The notes under the pieces were generated by a model. That model saw nothing but the letters and a program-made list of their open reading frames with translations, had not been told where the DNA came from and did no database searches. 64,000 bases of DNA from an uncultured Chloroflexia bacterium (GTDB lineage: Bacteria > Chloroflexota > Limnocylindria > Limnocylindrales > CSP1-4). Of the stretch, positions 19,350 through 29,000 are shown one piece after another (position 1 is the stretch's first letter; every line of letters starts with the position of its first letter). Location: contig CAWCIK010000008.1 of the NCBI GenBank assembly GCA_963795645.1, positions 157 through 64,156 on the forward strand. The letters are read 5' to 3'. The position numbers were made by a program, and so were the translations under genes.

Positions 19350-19579
19350 CCTTCCGTGAAGGAGTTCTAACCAACAGTAACCAGTGGCCATCCATACGGC
19401 GGGCGCTCGAGAATCTCGACGGCCTCCCGGATGCCGGTCTTGACACCCACTTGGCGAGGATCATCTACGCGTCGGGTGCGACGATCGTGTCTCTCGGAGA
19501 GAACTACGGATACCTCTTTGACTGTGACCCGAAGGGCGTGGCGGAGGTAGCGCGCGTGCCCGTGGCCGAGGTCAAGTAA
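19316..19579 (+). CDS. Hypothetical protein (87-aa ORF; true start unclear)
   Basis: ORF track only. No recognisable domain and no convincing SD/start pair. Confidence 0.25.
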   Translation: MSDRRPHRPPIAFREGVLTNSNQWPSIRRALENLDGLPDAGLDTHLARIIYASGATIVSLGENYGYLFDCDPKGVAEVARVPVAEVK

Positions 19580-19854
19580 CTCTGTCATGCCTCGCGGCAC
19601 CATGCCGAGGACCTTCTGGCCGCGTTGGACGCGCGCATCTGTGACCAATCGCGATCAGTCAAATGCGGTCAGGCCGGCGCCACGGATCGGCGGCGCAATC
19701 CTCTGGACCCAGCCGAAGGCCGTTCTGTGGAGCGCGTCCTGGGCATTGCGTCTAACGCGGGCATTGAACGTCCATCCGGGGCGCTAGCCAGACCGATCGG
19801 ACGAGCGATCGAGCATCGTCCAGACGTAGCGCGTGAGAACCCAAGCGCGGAGCG

Positions 19855-20889
19855 CTAGTTCGCCTCGTCCGGGACGGTGGACTGGAACTGCGGGAGTGAG
19901 AGGAAGGTCTCGATCTCTCTGGCGGTCTGCGCTGCCTGATCGCGGTCCAGCAGGATGCCCATGTGGTAGCCCGGCTGTTCGACGAATGTCGAGTCGTTCG
20001 ACAGCGACGCGATGTGACGCTGCAGCGCGATGTGCTCGGCCGACTCCGGCACGCACACGACGAGCAACGGCACGCGGCTGAGGTCAAATAGCCGAACCTC
20101 GGCGGCGCTCACATCAGCCGACTGCAGCTCGGCGACCGTGGTCTCGAGCGTCGACGGCCACTTGCTCGCGGCATTCGCAGCCGCCTGCTCTTCGACGGGT
20201 AGTTGCCAGAAGTCGTCGGGCACGCCGGTCAACGCATAGAGGCCGAAGTCAGCGCGCCATGCCGAGAGCTGATAGCCAGCCGTGAAGCCGTTGATACCAC
20301 CGGCGTCGGCGTCAGTGGTGTCGAGCAGGACGAGACCGCTCACCTGATCGGGACGAGCGCCGACAAACGCACGCGCTGACAGCCCGCCGAAGGAGTGAGC
20401 GACAACCACGAAGGGCGGCGCTATGCCAGCCCCGGTCAGTGCCATTTCGAGCGCGTTGGCCGACGCCACGGCGTCGCGCGGAGCAGCGGGGCCGGTGCTC
20501 CAGGCAATACCAGGTCGGTCGTAAGCAACAACGAAGTGGTGCTCCGCGAGCTGCGCCGCGACCCATGCCCACTCCGACGACGGCATACCCGCGCTCGAGT
20601 CAAGGATGACCGCCGCCTCGCCGGGTGTCCGCGTGCCCCATGTCCGCAGGTGGATCACCTGACCGCTGCCGATGTCGACGAGCTGACCGGCGGCCGGATA
20701 CTCGGCACGCTGCGTCTGCTCGTTGTGTGCGGCGATGGTGGCGCCTGACACCGCGACCGCGATGACAAGGATCACCGCCAACAGCGCAACGCGGGCGAAC
20801 GCACGCGCCAATCGACGGATCACCGTTTCGCGGCGGACAAAGTGGATGAGATGAGGACGAAAGTCAACGGTTGAACGATGCGCCCGCAA
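19855..20889 (-). CDS. Alpha/beta-fold hydrolase with N-terminal membrane anchor
   Basis: Anchor ...RVALLAVILVIAVAVSG; nucleophile elbow VVVAHSFGGLSA; ...LLDTTD...; a late His in ...QPGYHMGIL. Confidence 0.8.
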   Translation of the reverse strand: MRAHRSTVDFRPHLIHFVRRETVIRRLARAFARVALLAVILVIAVAVSGATIAAHNEQTQRAEYPAAGQLVDIGSGQVIHLRTWGTRTPGEAAVILDSSAGMPSSEWAWVAAQLAEHHFVVAYDRPGIAWSTGPAAPRDAVASANALEMALTGAGIAPPFVVVAHSFGGLSARAFVGARPDQVSGLVLLDTTDADAGGINGFTAGYQLSAWRADFGLYALTGVPDDFWQLPVEEQAAANAASKWPSTLETTVAELQSADVSAAEVRLFDLSRVPLLVVCVPESAEHIALQRHIASLSNDSTFVEQPGYHMGILLDRDQAAQTAREIETFLSLPQFQSTVPDEAN

Positions 20890-21124
20890 TCATCTGTCAG
20901 CATCCGATGATCTCCATCGCAATGTTGCTCACCGTGCCGATTCAATGACTTTCGGCTGCCAATAAACAACGACGTCTGCCGGACTAACCGCCGGCGAAGC
21001 GGATGCGACATCGTGGCGCCGAGGGTTGGCGCGACGGGTTGCGGCGAGGGATCTGCGGATGGCACGCTAGAGGGCGATAGCGACGCTGTCGGAGATGGGC
21101 CAGAGTCTCTCTCCGTTATTGACA

Positions 21125-21313
21125 TCACCGCGACACGGGTGTGGGGAAGTAAAAGTCAGCGGGGCACGCGTCGCAGCCGCACAAGCCCAGGCAGTAGGCG
21201 GTTTGCTGACTTCCCCACCAACCAATGATGACGATAAGGACGATAAGCAGGATCCCAATCGCCGCCCCGATGAGCAGGAACGTCCATGGCGAGTCGTTGA
21301 GGCGCGCAATCAC
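21125..21313 (-). CDS. Possible 62-aa membrane peptide with a Cys-rich tail (CLGLCGCDAC)
   Basis: GTG-start ORF: ...WTFLLIGAAIGILLIVLIVIIGWWG...YCLGLCGCDACPADFYF. Weak SD and AT-richer codons than the surroundings. Confidence 0.3.
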   Translation of the reverse strand: MIARLNDSPWTFLLIGAAIGILLIVLIVIIGWWGSQQTAYCLGLCGCDACPADFYFPTPVSR

Positions 21314-21857
21314 TCGTACAGGTTGTCCCGCCGCGGGCGCTGCCGATACGGCACGTAAGTCGTAGGACCGTCTTGGCTAGGGGCGCGGGGCCACTAATGA
21401 CTCGCACCCGGGCGTCGGGATTGGCAATGCTCGGTTGGTTACCGACAAGCCGCGGCCGTGGCGCGTCTCCGCCCGACGCAGGCATCCCTGATCGACCACT
21501 GGGCTCCGGTCTTCACACGTGAGATCGTGCGCAAATCCGGAACGTCTCTCTGGTGGGTGAGGTCTGGCGGGTTGGTCCCCACCGCCGGAGTCGGAAGCGG
21601 CCTCCATGTCTTCGAGGACCCGGCGCTCTGGGCTCGTGACCGGCGGCGGTATCTGATGGACTCGCCTGCCGTGCCGAATCCGCCCGGCTTCCTCAGTCCA
21701 AGAAGAGAAGACCCCCGCGTGGAGAAGCTGCGCCAAGGTGGGAGTTACGGCACGGATTCGCCTCCGTGTCCGAAGGACCCGTCGTGGATAGTCACACGGC
21801 GCATCGCGCGGGGAAACGGTGGTCTGCCCTCGAGGCGAAGACCAGACGTCGAAGAGA

Positions 21858-21898
21858 GACGCGGCGAGCGGTTGAGGAGGGAGACCGCTCGCCGCGTC
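21858..21898 (-). terminator. Intrinsic-terminator-like hairpin downstream of ssb
   Basis: gacgcggcgagcgg-(13 nt loop)-ccgctcgccgcgtc is a perfect 14-bp stem, followed on the minus strand by tctcttc. Confidence 0.55.
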
Positions 21899-21963
21899 CA
21901 TCGCTCGGCGGGTGTGCGCGCTGGGGCGCCAGGTGTTAGCGGCGGGTTGGAAGTGATCGGGGT

Positions 21964-22451
21964 TCAGGCGGCGACGAGCTCTTCTTCGGTGGTGACGTCC
22001 GAGTCGTCATCGTCGTCCGCGTCAGCGTCCGACTCGAATGCTGCGGCCGTTGTCGTGAAGGAGCCTTCTTCTGGGCTCATGCCCATCGCCGCGGCCTGCG
22101 CGGCGAGTGCCTCTGCCGCAGATTCGGCGGCGTAGTCCTTCTTCTTCTTGCCCGACAGCATCTCGACCGTGTTGGCCACGATCTCAGTCTTCCAGTGGCG
22201 TTTCTTCTCGTCATCCTCCCACTGGCGCGTCTGGAGGCGGCCGCTGATCGAGACCAGCTGGCCCTTGCCCAGGTACTGGCCGCAGATCTCTGCCAGCCGG
22301 TCCCAGGTGACGACGGTGTGGTACTCGGAATGCCGGCACCGCCGCGGTAGTCGTTCGTGGCGATGCCGAACTGGGTGACGGTCTTCCCCGACGCGAGCTT
22401 GCGCACCTCAGGGTCGCGCGTCAGGCGACCCGTTAGCAGGACCTGGTTCAT
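21964..22451 (-). CDS. ssb: Single-stranded DNA-binding protein, one frameshift as assembled (near 22,325-22,340)
   Basis: The N-terminal frame reads MNQVLLTGRLTRDPEVRKLASGKTVTQFGIATNDYRGG. It continues in another frame as EYHTVVTWDRLAEICGQYLGKGQLVSISGRLQTRQWEDDEKKRHWKTEIVANTVEMLS... with an acidic tail ...DADADDDDDSDVTTEEELVAA. The tail lacks a terminal D-x-P-F tip. Confidence 0.85.
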
Positions 22452-22626
22452 GCCGTGACACCTCCTGGCCGGCCTCATCCTCGGGGCTCGGCCTGCGTAA
22501 TCGGCGGACGGCGGGGACTCAACGCAATCGAATGTAGAGGCGGGTACTTTCCAGCGGCTTATCACACACTCAATAGCCGCTCATCTTGGACAATGTGACT
22601 CCCCGCCCTCACGGAGCGCCAAAGTC

Positions 22627-23521
22627 TTGCGATCAGCGCCCCTCGCTCTCATCGTCGCGCTCGCGGCTGGCGCGTGCGTGACGATCACGCCCGCGACGCG
22701 AGTCGGCTCCGTTCTCACCCCACCGCCGACGAGCACTGTCGACAGCGCCACGTCCGATCCGCCGATGCCGACTCCGCCACCGACCGCGGACGCGACTCCC
22801 CCATCGAAAAGTGCGAGCCCCGCGGACACGCCGGCCCGGACGCCCAAACCGACCAAGAAGCCCAAACCCACTCCGAGCGCTCCGCAGACGACGGCGAACC
22901 CGGACGATCCCGCGTGCTCAGACGACGCCTACACCCTTGAAGGCTTTCACTGGAACACGGCCTATAGCTGGCATTACAACGCGGAATCCACGCCAGCCGG
23001 GTACGACGCCGACGCGGTGCTGGCGATCATCAAGCAGTCGTTCGACAACGTGATCAACGAGCGCAACGACTGCGGACGGCCAGACACGATCAAGATCTTC
23101 ACCCAGTATCAGGGCGACCTGAACGAACGGTCGTGCACCAATCGACCAGATGGCGCCAACACGATCAGCTGGGGCAAGCTGCCGACGGACCTGTCACCCG
23201 ACACGATCGCTTACACGTGCCCGTTCTACGCCGGTCCGGACGTCGATATCGGCTACGAGGCGGACATCGTCATCAACGAGGACGTGGATTGGGCGCTGTC
23301 ACTCGACAAATGCCACTTCCAGGAGCTCCTCGAGCCGACGATCACCCACGAGGTGGGCCACGTTTTCGGTCTCGGGCACGTCAGCGAGCGCCAGCATCCG
23401 GACCTGACGATGAGCACGCAATCCAACGGCTGGTGCGACGACAGCTCGTCAACGCTCGGGCTCGGCGACATGCTTCGGCCTGGAGGCCCTCTACGGACCC
23501 AACGCGGACGCGACTCCCTAG
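22627..23521 (+). CDS. Lipoprotein zinc metalloprotease (matrixin/M10-like), one frameshift near 23,470
   Basis: Lipobox LAAGAC, a P/T-rich linker, and the zinc motif HEVGHVFGLGH with a following Met turn. After ...GLGDM the natural continuation FGLEALYGPNADATP-stop (stop at 23519-23521) lies in another frame. The track ORF runs on to 23640 instead. Confidence 0.8.
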
Positions 23522-23572
23522 CGGTACGTCGCCGCTGCTCTTCTCTCGACCTGCCGCTGAACAGGGCTCGTC

Positions 23573-24845
23573 TCACGCCCCGAATTGGATCGTGTCTACC
23601 AGCCGACGCACCACACCGAAAAAGTCATCGACAACGGTGACTGCAACGTTCGGCCCGGTGTTGCTCGTGGCGACGAACGCGACATTGCTGTCGCCAACCT
23701 CGAGCGCGTGGATCCGGAAGCGTTGCTCGGGTTGAACTTTGAAGTCGGTGCCTCCGATCGGGAAGACGGCGACTCCGCCCACACCGTCGCAGGCCGCGAG
23801 CACGGACGGGTCGACAGACACGTCGATGATCAGGCCCTTAACGTCTCCAACGAAGATCGGCGCCGGGTCGCCCACATGCAAGAAGCTTTGAGCTCGAAGA
23901 GCGTCCAGGAGATCCTGCGCCGTGTTGACCACGGCCAGCGAGTCGCCGCCCGCTACGCACGGGTCCGTATCGACGGTCGATGCGGCCGACATCGATCGTG
24001 CCGGCGGGGTCAGGCTGGTACAGCAATGACGCCTTGCTCGACGTCTCGTTGGTGAACGACCAACCCGGGTCGACAATCGCGAAGTTGATGCGCGGCTGGA
24101 ACTTGCCGAGCACGTATTGGCCGATCTCGAGCGGGCCAATTCTAGGCTGCTGGGCCACCGGGGGCGCGGGGCTTGGCGTGTGCTCTACGGGCGGTACTCC
24201 GGGCGACATCAGGAACGCGAGCCCGAATCCCGCCACCGCGAGCAGCACGAGACCAGCGCCGATGGCTGCAATCAATCGCCGACCGGGGCGCCGTTCCGAT
24301 GCGATCGCCGTTCCGCGCGGCACGGCGCGATACAGCTCGACCGGCTCCGTTATGCCCTTCAGGCGCCGCTTGCCACGCGATACGAACGTGACCGGGATGC
24401 TGGCCTGGACGATGCCCCGGACAGTTCCCGTGACGAGCACCTCCCCCGCCTCGGCCACGGCGCACACGCGCGCTGCCAGGTTGACGGCAGTGCCGATGAA
24501 GCCGCCCTCGGCCACCTCGATTGCCTCGCCCGCATGTACGCCGACGCCGACCTGCATCGGCAGATCGGGCTGTGCCGCGGAGGCTTGTGCGGCTCGTTCG
24601 ACGATGGCGAGGCCACACGTGACGGCCGTGGATGCCGACGGGAACACGACATATATCGCGTCGCCTTCGGACTTGACCGCGGCGCCATCGTGCGCGCCGA
24701 CCACCTCGCGGACCACCTGGCGGAAGCGCTGAACGAGCTCGGCCCCGGCCGCGTTGCCGGCACGCTCGGTGAACGCCGTCGACCCACGAAGGTCGGCGAA
24801 CAGGTGGCCGCGGAAGCGCGATACGGCGTTCACCGGCGCGCTCAT
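23573..24845 (-). CDS. Class III adenylate/guanylate cyclase: N-terminal catalytic domain, one TM, about 190-aa extracytoplasmic domain; one frameshift near 23,985
   Basis: [30 protein letters not shown]...[13 protein letters not shown]...[11 protein letters not shown]...[10 protein letters not shown]...; [25 protein letters not shown]. The C-terminal part continues in the frame of ORF 23573-24139. Its ATG overlaps the upstream oxidase stop (ATGA). Confidence 0.8.
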
Positions 24846-26381
24846 TCGACGGGCAGCTCGTGGATCTGGCGCGCGGCGCGGATGCCGCTCTCGAGCGCTC
24901 CCTGGATCCACGCGTGGTAGAGCGAGCAGTGCTCGCCCGCGAAGTGGATCCGGCCCTCGGGCTTGACGATGTCGGCCTGGAGCTCGGTCTGCTGGCCGGG
25001 CGCGAACATGGCGAACGCGCCCGCGCGCCCAGCGGTCGCTGTACCAGGCGTGCGAGGCGCCGACCTCGTACACGTCGCCGGATCCGCGGATGGATCTGCT
25101 CGACGTCGTCGAGCGCCTCCTCGAGGCGCGTCTCCTCGTCCATCGCCCCCCACTGGAGCGCGTCCTGGCCCCACGTGTAGGACGCGAGCAGGACGCCGCG
25201 CGCTGGTCGTCGGGTCGGGCGGTCGGGTAGTTCATGCGCCGGATCGGCAGCTCCGTGACCGTGGCGCCGCCGAAGATCCCGTCCTCGGTCTCCCAGATCC
25301 GCTCCCGGACCTGGAACAGGATCTTGGTGGACGCGTGGTAGTTGAGCTGGCGGATGGCCCGCTGCTTGCTCGTGCGAGAACGGGGTCAGCGTCTCGATCG
25401 TGCGCAGCACCGGGAACGGGACCGTGCACGATCGCGTAGTCGCCGCGGACCGGTGACGCGGTCCGGCCTCGGTCTTGACAGTGGACCTCACCCCGTCGGC
25501 GTCCTGGTCGATCGCGAACACCTCGGCCCCGAACCGGATCGTCGTCCTGCAGGCGCCGCGTAGAACGCGTTGGGCAGGCCGTCCATGCCGCCGGCGATCT
25601 CCTGCATGTCCTCGTACGCGCCGCCGAGGTCCTCGCGCAGGATCTCGACGAGCGAGTTGTGCATGTCGGCCTCGAGGAAGTTGACGACGGTGAAGTACTC
25701 GATGGCGCCCGCGCGACCAGCCCTTGTGGCGCAGGAACTCGTGGAGCGAGTACTCGTCGTACTCGCGCGACGATCTGGTCCCAGGCCGCGGTCCCTCGCG
25801 CTCGACCATCGTCCGCAGGTCGCGCGATGGCCGCCTCCCACAGCGCGTCGGCGGTGCGGCCGCGCTCGTGGTCGGCGAGGTCGAACGGCAGCCGCTCGGG
25901 ATGCGCGTCCGCCTCCGCCGTGGTCATCCGCTGGCCGCCGAGGTGCACGAGGCCGTCGCGGGTTGCCCATCACGAACGGCCGCATCGGCAGCCCGAACAG
26001 CTCGCAGTACGCGAGCGTGAGGTCGTGGGCCCGCGGGATGCGCATCCCGCCGGCCTCGGCGTACAGGCCGGGCGCGAACGGCGCGCGCAGCGTGTAGATC
26101 CGGCCGCCGACCCGGCTCTGCGCCTCGAGCACCAGTGGCTCGTGGCCCTGCCGCTTGAGCTCATAGGCGGCGACCAGGCCGGCCATTCCGGCGCCGATAA
26201 CGAGCACCTTCTTGCGTTTGCCGGATCGCGGGCTCAGGCCTTCGCGGGCGATCGACAGGACGTCGCGGCCAACGGGCGGCGCCTCGTCCGGCGCGGGTTG
26301 ACCGCTCGGGTCGGCCTTGGACTGCTCGGCGGCGAGAGATTCGATCTTGTCCGTCGATGTCCAGTGCTTCTCGTCGGCCAC
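24842..26381 (-). CDS. Flavin-dependent amine / L-amino-acid oxidase family protein, copy 1; at least 5 frame changes as assembled
   Basis: GGAAGGAG SD plus the GTG at 26381. The dinucleotide fold is [41 protein letters not shown]...[37 protein letters not shown]. Fragments in other frames read ...[11 protein letters not shown]..., ...[17 protein letters not shown]..., ...[15 protein letters not shown]... The C-terminus is [37 protein letters not shown]. Confidence 0.8.
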
Positions 26382-26472
26382 GACTCGCTCCTTCCTATCT
26401 GGGAAACAGCGCACAAAGACTAGCTGCGCAGCGTAGCGCAGGAGACGGCATGCCGATCAAGAAGGCGGAGGC

Positions 26473-26501
26473 TTGACAACGGCCATTTAGTACTAAATAC
26501 T
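26473..26501 (+). promoter_or_regulatory. Sigma-70-like promoter candidate for the fasciclin gene
   Basis: A perfect TTGACA at 26473-26478 with TAAATA (15-nt spacing) or AATACT (17-nt spacing) downstream, in an otherwise GC-rich spacer about 65 nt before the start codon. Confidence 0.35.
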
Positions 26502-26563
26502 CCGGGCATCAACCTCGATAGAGCCGGGCCACCCAAAGGTCCGGCCGAAAAGGAAAAGGCGGA

Positions 26564-27154
26564 ATGAAACTAACTGCGATCCTCGCCATCCCAATCGCTC
26601 TCGTAATCACCGCGTGCACGGCCGCGTCACCGACTCCGAGCCCGGCGACACCCGCCCCCACGGCTGCCACGGCCGCACCGGCCACGCCGGCTGCCACGGC
26701 CGCACCGGCCACGCCGGCTGCCACGGCAAGCCCTGAGCTAGGGGATATCGTCGCCGTCGCACAGGGTGCCGGCACGTTCAACACGCTGCTCCAAGCCGCT
26801 CAGGTGGCCGGGCTCGTCGATACCCTCCGGGGCCCAGGCCCATACACGGTCTTCGCGCCGACAGATGACGCCTTCGCGGCTCTGCCCGAGGGCACTCTCG
26901 ACAGCCTGCTGGCTGATCCCGCGGCGCTCAAGAAGGTCCTTCTCTACCATGTCGTCTCAGGCGACGTGATGGCGGTCGACGTGGTCAACGAGACGTCCGC
27001 CGACACGGTCGAAGGATCGCCCATCGCGATCACGGTCAAGGACGGCAAGGTCTATCTCAACGACAGCACCCAGGTCACCGCGACAGACATCCTGGCCTCA
27101 AATGGCGTCATCCACGTCATCGATCAGGTCCTCCTGCCGCCGGCAACCAACTGA
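26564..27154 (+). CDS. Fasciclin (FAS1) domain lipoprotein
   Basis: Lipobox LVITAC and an A/T/P linker, then ...[19 protein letters not shown]...[15 protein letters not shown]...LLYHVV...[13 protein letters not shown]. The ORF is intact. Confidence 0.9.
   Translation: MKLTAILAIPIALVITACTAASPTPSPATPAPTAATAAPATPAATAAPATPAATASPELGDIVAVAQGAGTFNTLLQAAQVAGLVDTLRGPGPYTVFAPTDDAFAALPEGTLDSLLADPAALKKVLLYHVVSGDVMAVDVVNETSADTVEGSPIAITVKDGKVYLNDSTQVTATDILASNGVIHVIDQVLLPPATN
26663..26727 (+). repeat. 27-nt in-frame tandem duplication (2.4 copies) in the fasciclin linker
   Basis: gctgccacggccgcaccggccacgccg is repeated back to back, encoding AATAAPATP twice. Confidence 0.85.
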
Positions 27155-27180
27155 TCTAACCCCATAGTCCACGAGCTGTA

Positions 27181-27210
27181 GGGATGGGCCCGGCTTCGCC
27201 GGCCCATCCC
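27181..27210 (+). terminator. Hairpin after the fasciclin gene (weak terminator candidate, no clear U-tract)
   Basis: gggatgggcc-(10 nt)-ggcccatccc forms a 10-bp stem. Confidence 0.35.
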
Positions 27211-27233
27211 TCATTCATGAAAGGCCCCTTCCG

Positions 27234-28027
27234 ATGACGCAGGACAACTCGGCACTTCCCGTTGAGGGCGGTGCGATCTCAACAGCCAAGGCATCGTCTT
27301 TGCGAAGGTGGAACATCGCCCTGGGCTCCGTGCACGCAGTCCAGGCCGTCGCGGTCATAGCCCTGGCCACCGCCTTCACTCTACCCGTCACGGCGAGCTT
27401 CCTGGCCGGCCCTCCGGGTACGCCCGCAGGAACACCCACGACGCTATTCGACGTCTCCGTCGCGTGGGGTGTCGCGCTCTTCCTGTTGCTCTCAGCCGGC
27501 TTCCACTGGCTCGTGTCGTCGCCGGGCATCTTCGGTCGCTATATCTCCGGACTGGGCGCGCAGCACAACTACTACCGATGGGCCGAATACTCCCTGTCCT
27601 CGTCGATCATGATCGTGCTCATTGCGATGCTCACCGGCATCAGTGACATCGCCGCACTGATCGGCATCTTTGCGGCCAACGCGGCGATGATCCTCTTCGG
27701 GGCCGTCCAGGAGCGCTACGAGAAGCCCGGTGGCTCACTCTTGCCGTTCTGGATGGGCAGCCTCATTGGCATCATGCCCTGGCTGGCTGTGGGGCATCTA
27801 CCTGGTTTCACCGGGAAGCGCCGCCGAGCCGCCGGCATTCGTCTATGCGATCTTCATCTCGCTCTTCCTCTTCTTCAACGTCTTCGCCATCAACATGTGG
27901 TCCAGTACCGCCGAGATCGGACGCTGGCGTTCTATATACCTTCGGCGAGTCGACCTACTTCATCCTCAGCCTGGTTGCCAAGTCGGCTCTGGCGTGGCAG
28001 GTCTTCGCGGGCACGTTGGCCGGCTGA
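27234..28027 (+). CDS. Heliorhodopsin (about 263 aa after removing two 1-nt insertions, at the G4 run 27791-27794 and near 27946)
   Basis: It is collinear with my recollection of heliorhodopsin 48C12: ...LRRWNIALGSVHAVQ..., FLAGPPGT, YYRWAEYSLSSSIMIVLIA, AAMILFG, LLPFWMG, FVYAIFISLFLFFN, and the retinal-lysine context YFILSLVAKSALAWQVFAGTLAG-stop. The pieces lie in the frames of ORFs 27234, 27730 and 27845. Confidence 0.85.
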
Positions 28028-28073
28028 AAATGGGCGGCGGGCCGTGGCACGATGCAACACTGGTGCGCAGCTG

Positions 28074-28970
28074 ATGGCCGAGCGATCAAACACCACGGGG
28101 CGACGGCCTGCTTACCCTCCACGAGGCGGCAGACCGTCTCGGGGTGCACTACATGACCATCTACCGCCGGGTCCGGCTGGGGCATGTTGCCGGCTCACAA
28201 GGTGGGCGGCTCTTGGCGCATCGACCCCGCCGATCTCACGGGCACAGCTCGACGACGGCGCGGATGCCCGTCCGCCAATCGACAATCACGAAAGATGGGC
28301 CCCTATCACAAAAACTTGGGCTAGGCGACGACGCCTCCGTGGCCGAGCGCCTCCAGCAGCGCATGGGTGACGGGAGACGGCACCGGTTCGTGGCAGGTGG
28401 CTGCGGCGGCCATGGCCTCGGGTCTGGAGCCGGAGGACGTCTATGTAGACGTTCTCGGACCGGCGCCGCACGCTGATCGGCGTCTGCGTGGGAGAGCGGT
28501 CGGATAGGCATCGCCGATGAGCACCTGGGCCAGCGGTGTTGCGACATCCATCGTCGGCCGCATGGGTCCGCGCTTCCGTCGCCGTGGGCGACATCTGGGA
28601 ACCGTTCTGGATGGCCATGCCCGTGGGCGAGCGCCACGGGCTGGGGGCCTCGATGCTGGCGGACATCCTCTCGCTGGCTGGCTACGACGTGCTCAACCTT
28701 GGAACCGACACACCACCGGCGTCTCTCCAGACAGCACTGGCCGGGCGCGATGACGTCCGGGCCGTCGTGATCAGCGTGGTGAGCACCGCGCACCTGGCCG
28801 GTGCCGAGCGGTTGATCGCTGCCGCGCGCCGGACGTCGCCCGGGGTGCCGATCGTGGCCGGCGGCTATGCCATTCAAGACGAGGCAACAGCCCGTCGCAT
28901 CGGCTCGGACGGTTGGATCTCCGATCCTCGCAGCTTGGCCGAGCTGATCGCGGAGCTGTCCGGCCGTTAG
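28074..28970 (+). CDS. HTH (excisionase/MerR-superfamily type) + cobalamin-binding domain protein, CarH/LitR-like; at least 4 frame changes as assembled
   Basis: The N-terminal part reads LLTLHEAADRLGVHYMTIYRRVRLGMLPAHKVGGSWRIDPADL once single G insertions in G-runs are removed. A helical linker follows (...IGIADEHLASGVATSIVGRM...). The intact C-terminal ORF 28536-28970 carries the B12 loop PVGERHGLGASMLADILSLAGYDVLNLGTDTP and ...VPIVAGGYAI... Confidence 0.75.
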
Positions 28971-29000
28971 TCGTCGCCAGACGGCCATTGGCGCGGATGC

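Noticed and set aside
21380-21857. RNase P RNA, tmRNA, cobalamin riboswitch or group II intron in the ORF-free gap
   Set aside because: The diagnostic conserved strings were not found on either strand. The region is left as an unexplained item rather than a call.
23838-25809. Track ORFs of 465 aa (23838-25235) and 555 aa (24142-25809) taken as single proteins
   Set aside because: Each is a composite: real cyclase or oxidase segments joined to wrong-frame read-through of the neighbouring gene. They are re-interpreted as cyclase 23573-24845 and oxidase 24842-26381.
28967-29000. Oxidase copy 2 ending at 28967 and overlapping the regulator gene's stop, as the ORF track suggests
   Set aside because: That tail (…[15 protein letters not shown]…) is produced by a missing G. 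The conserved continuation [14 protein letters not shown]… ends at 29001.
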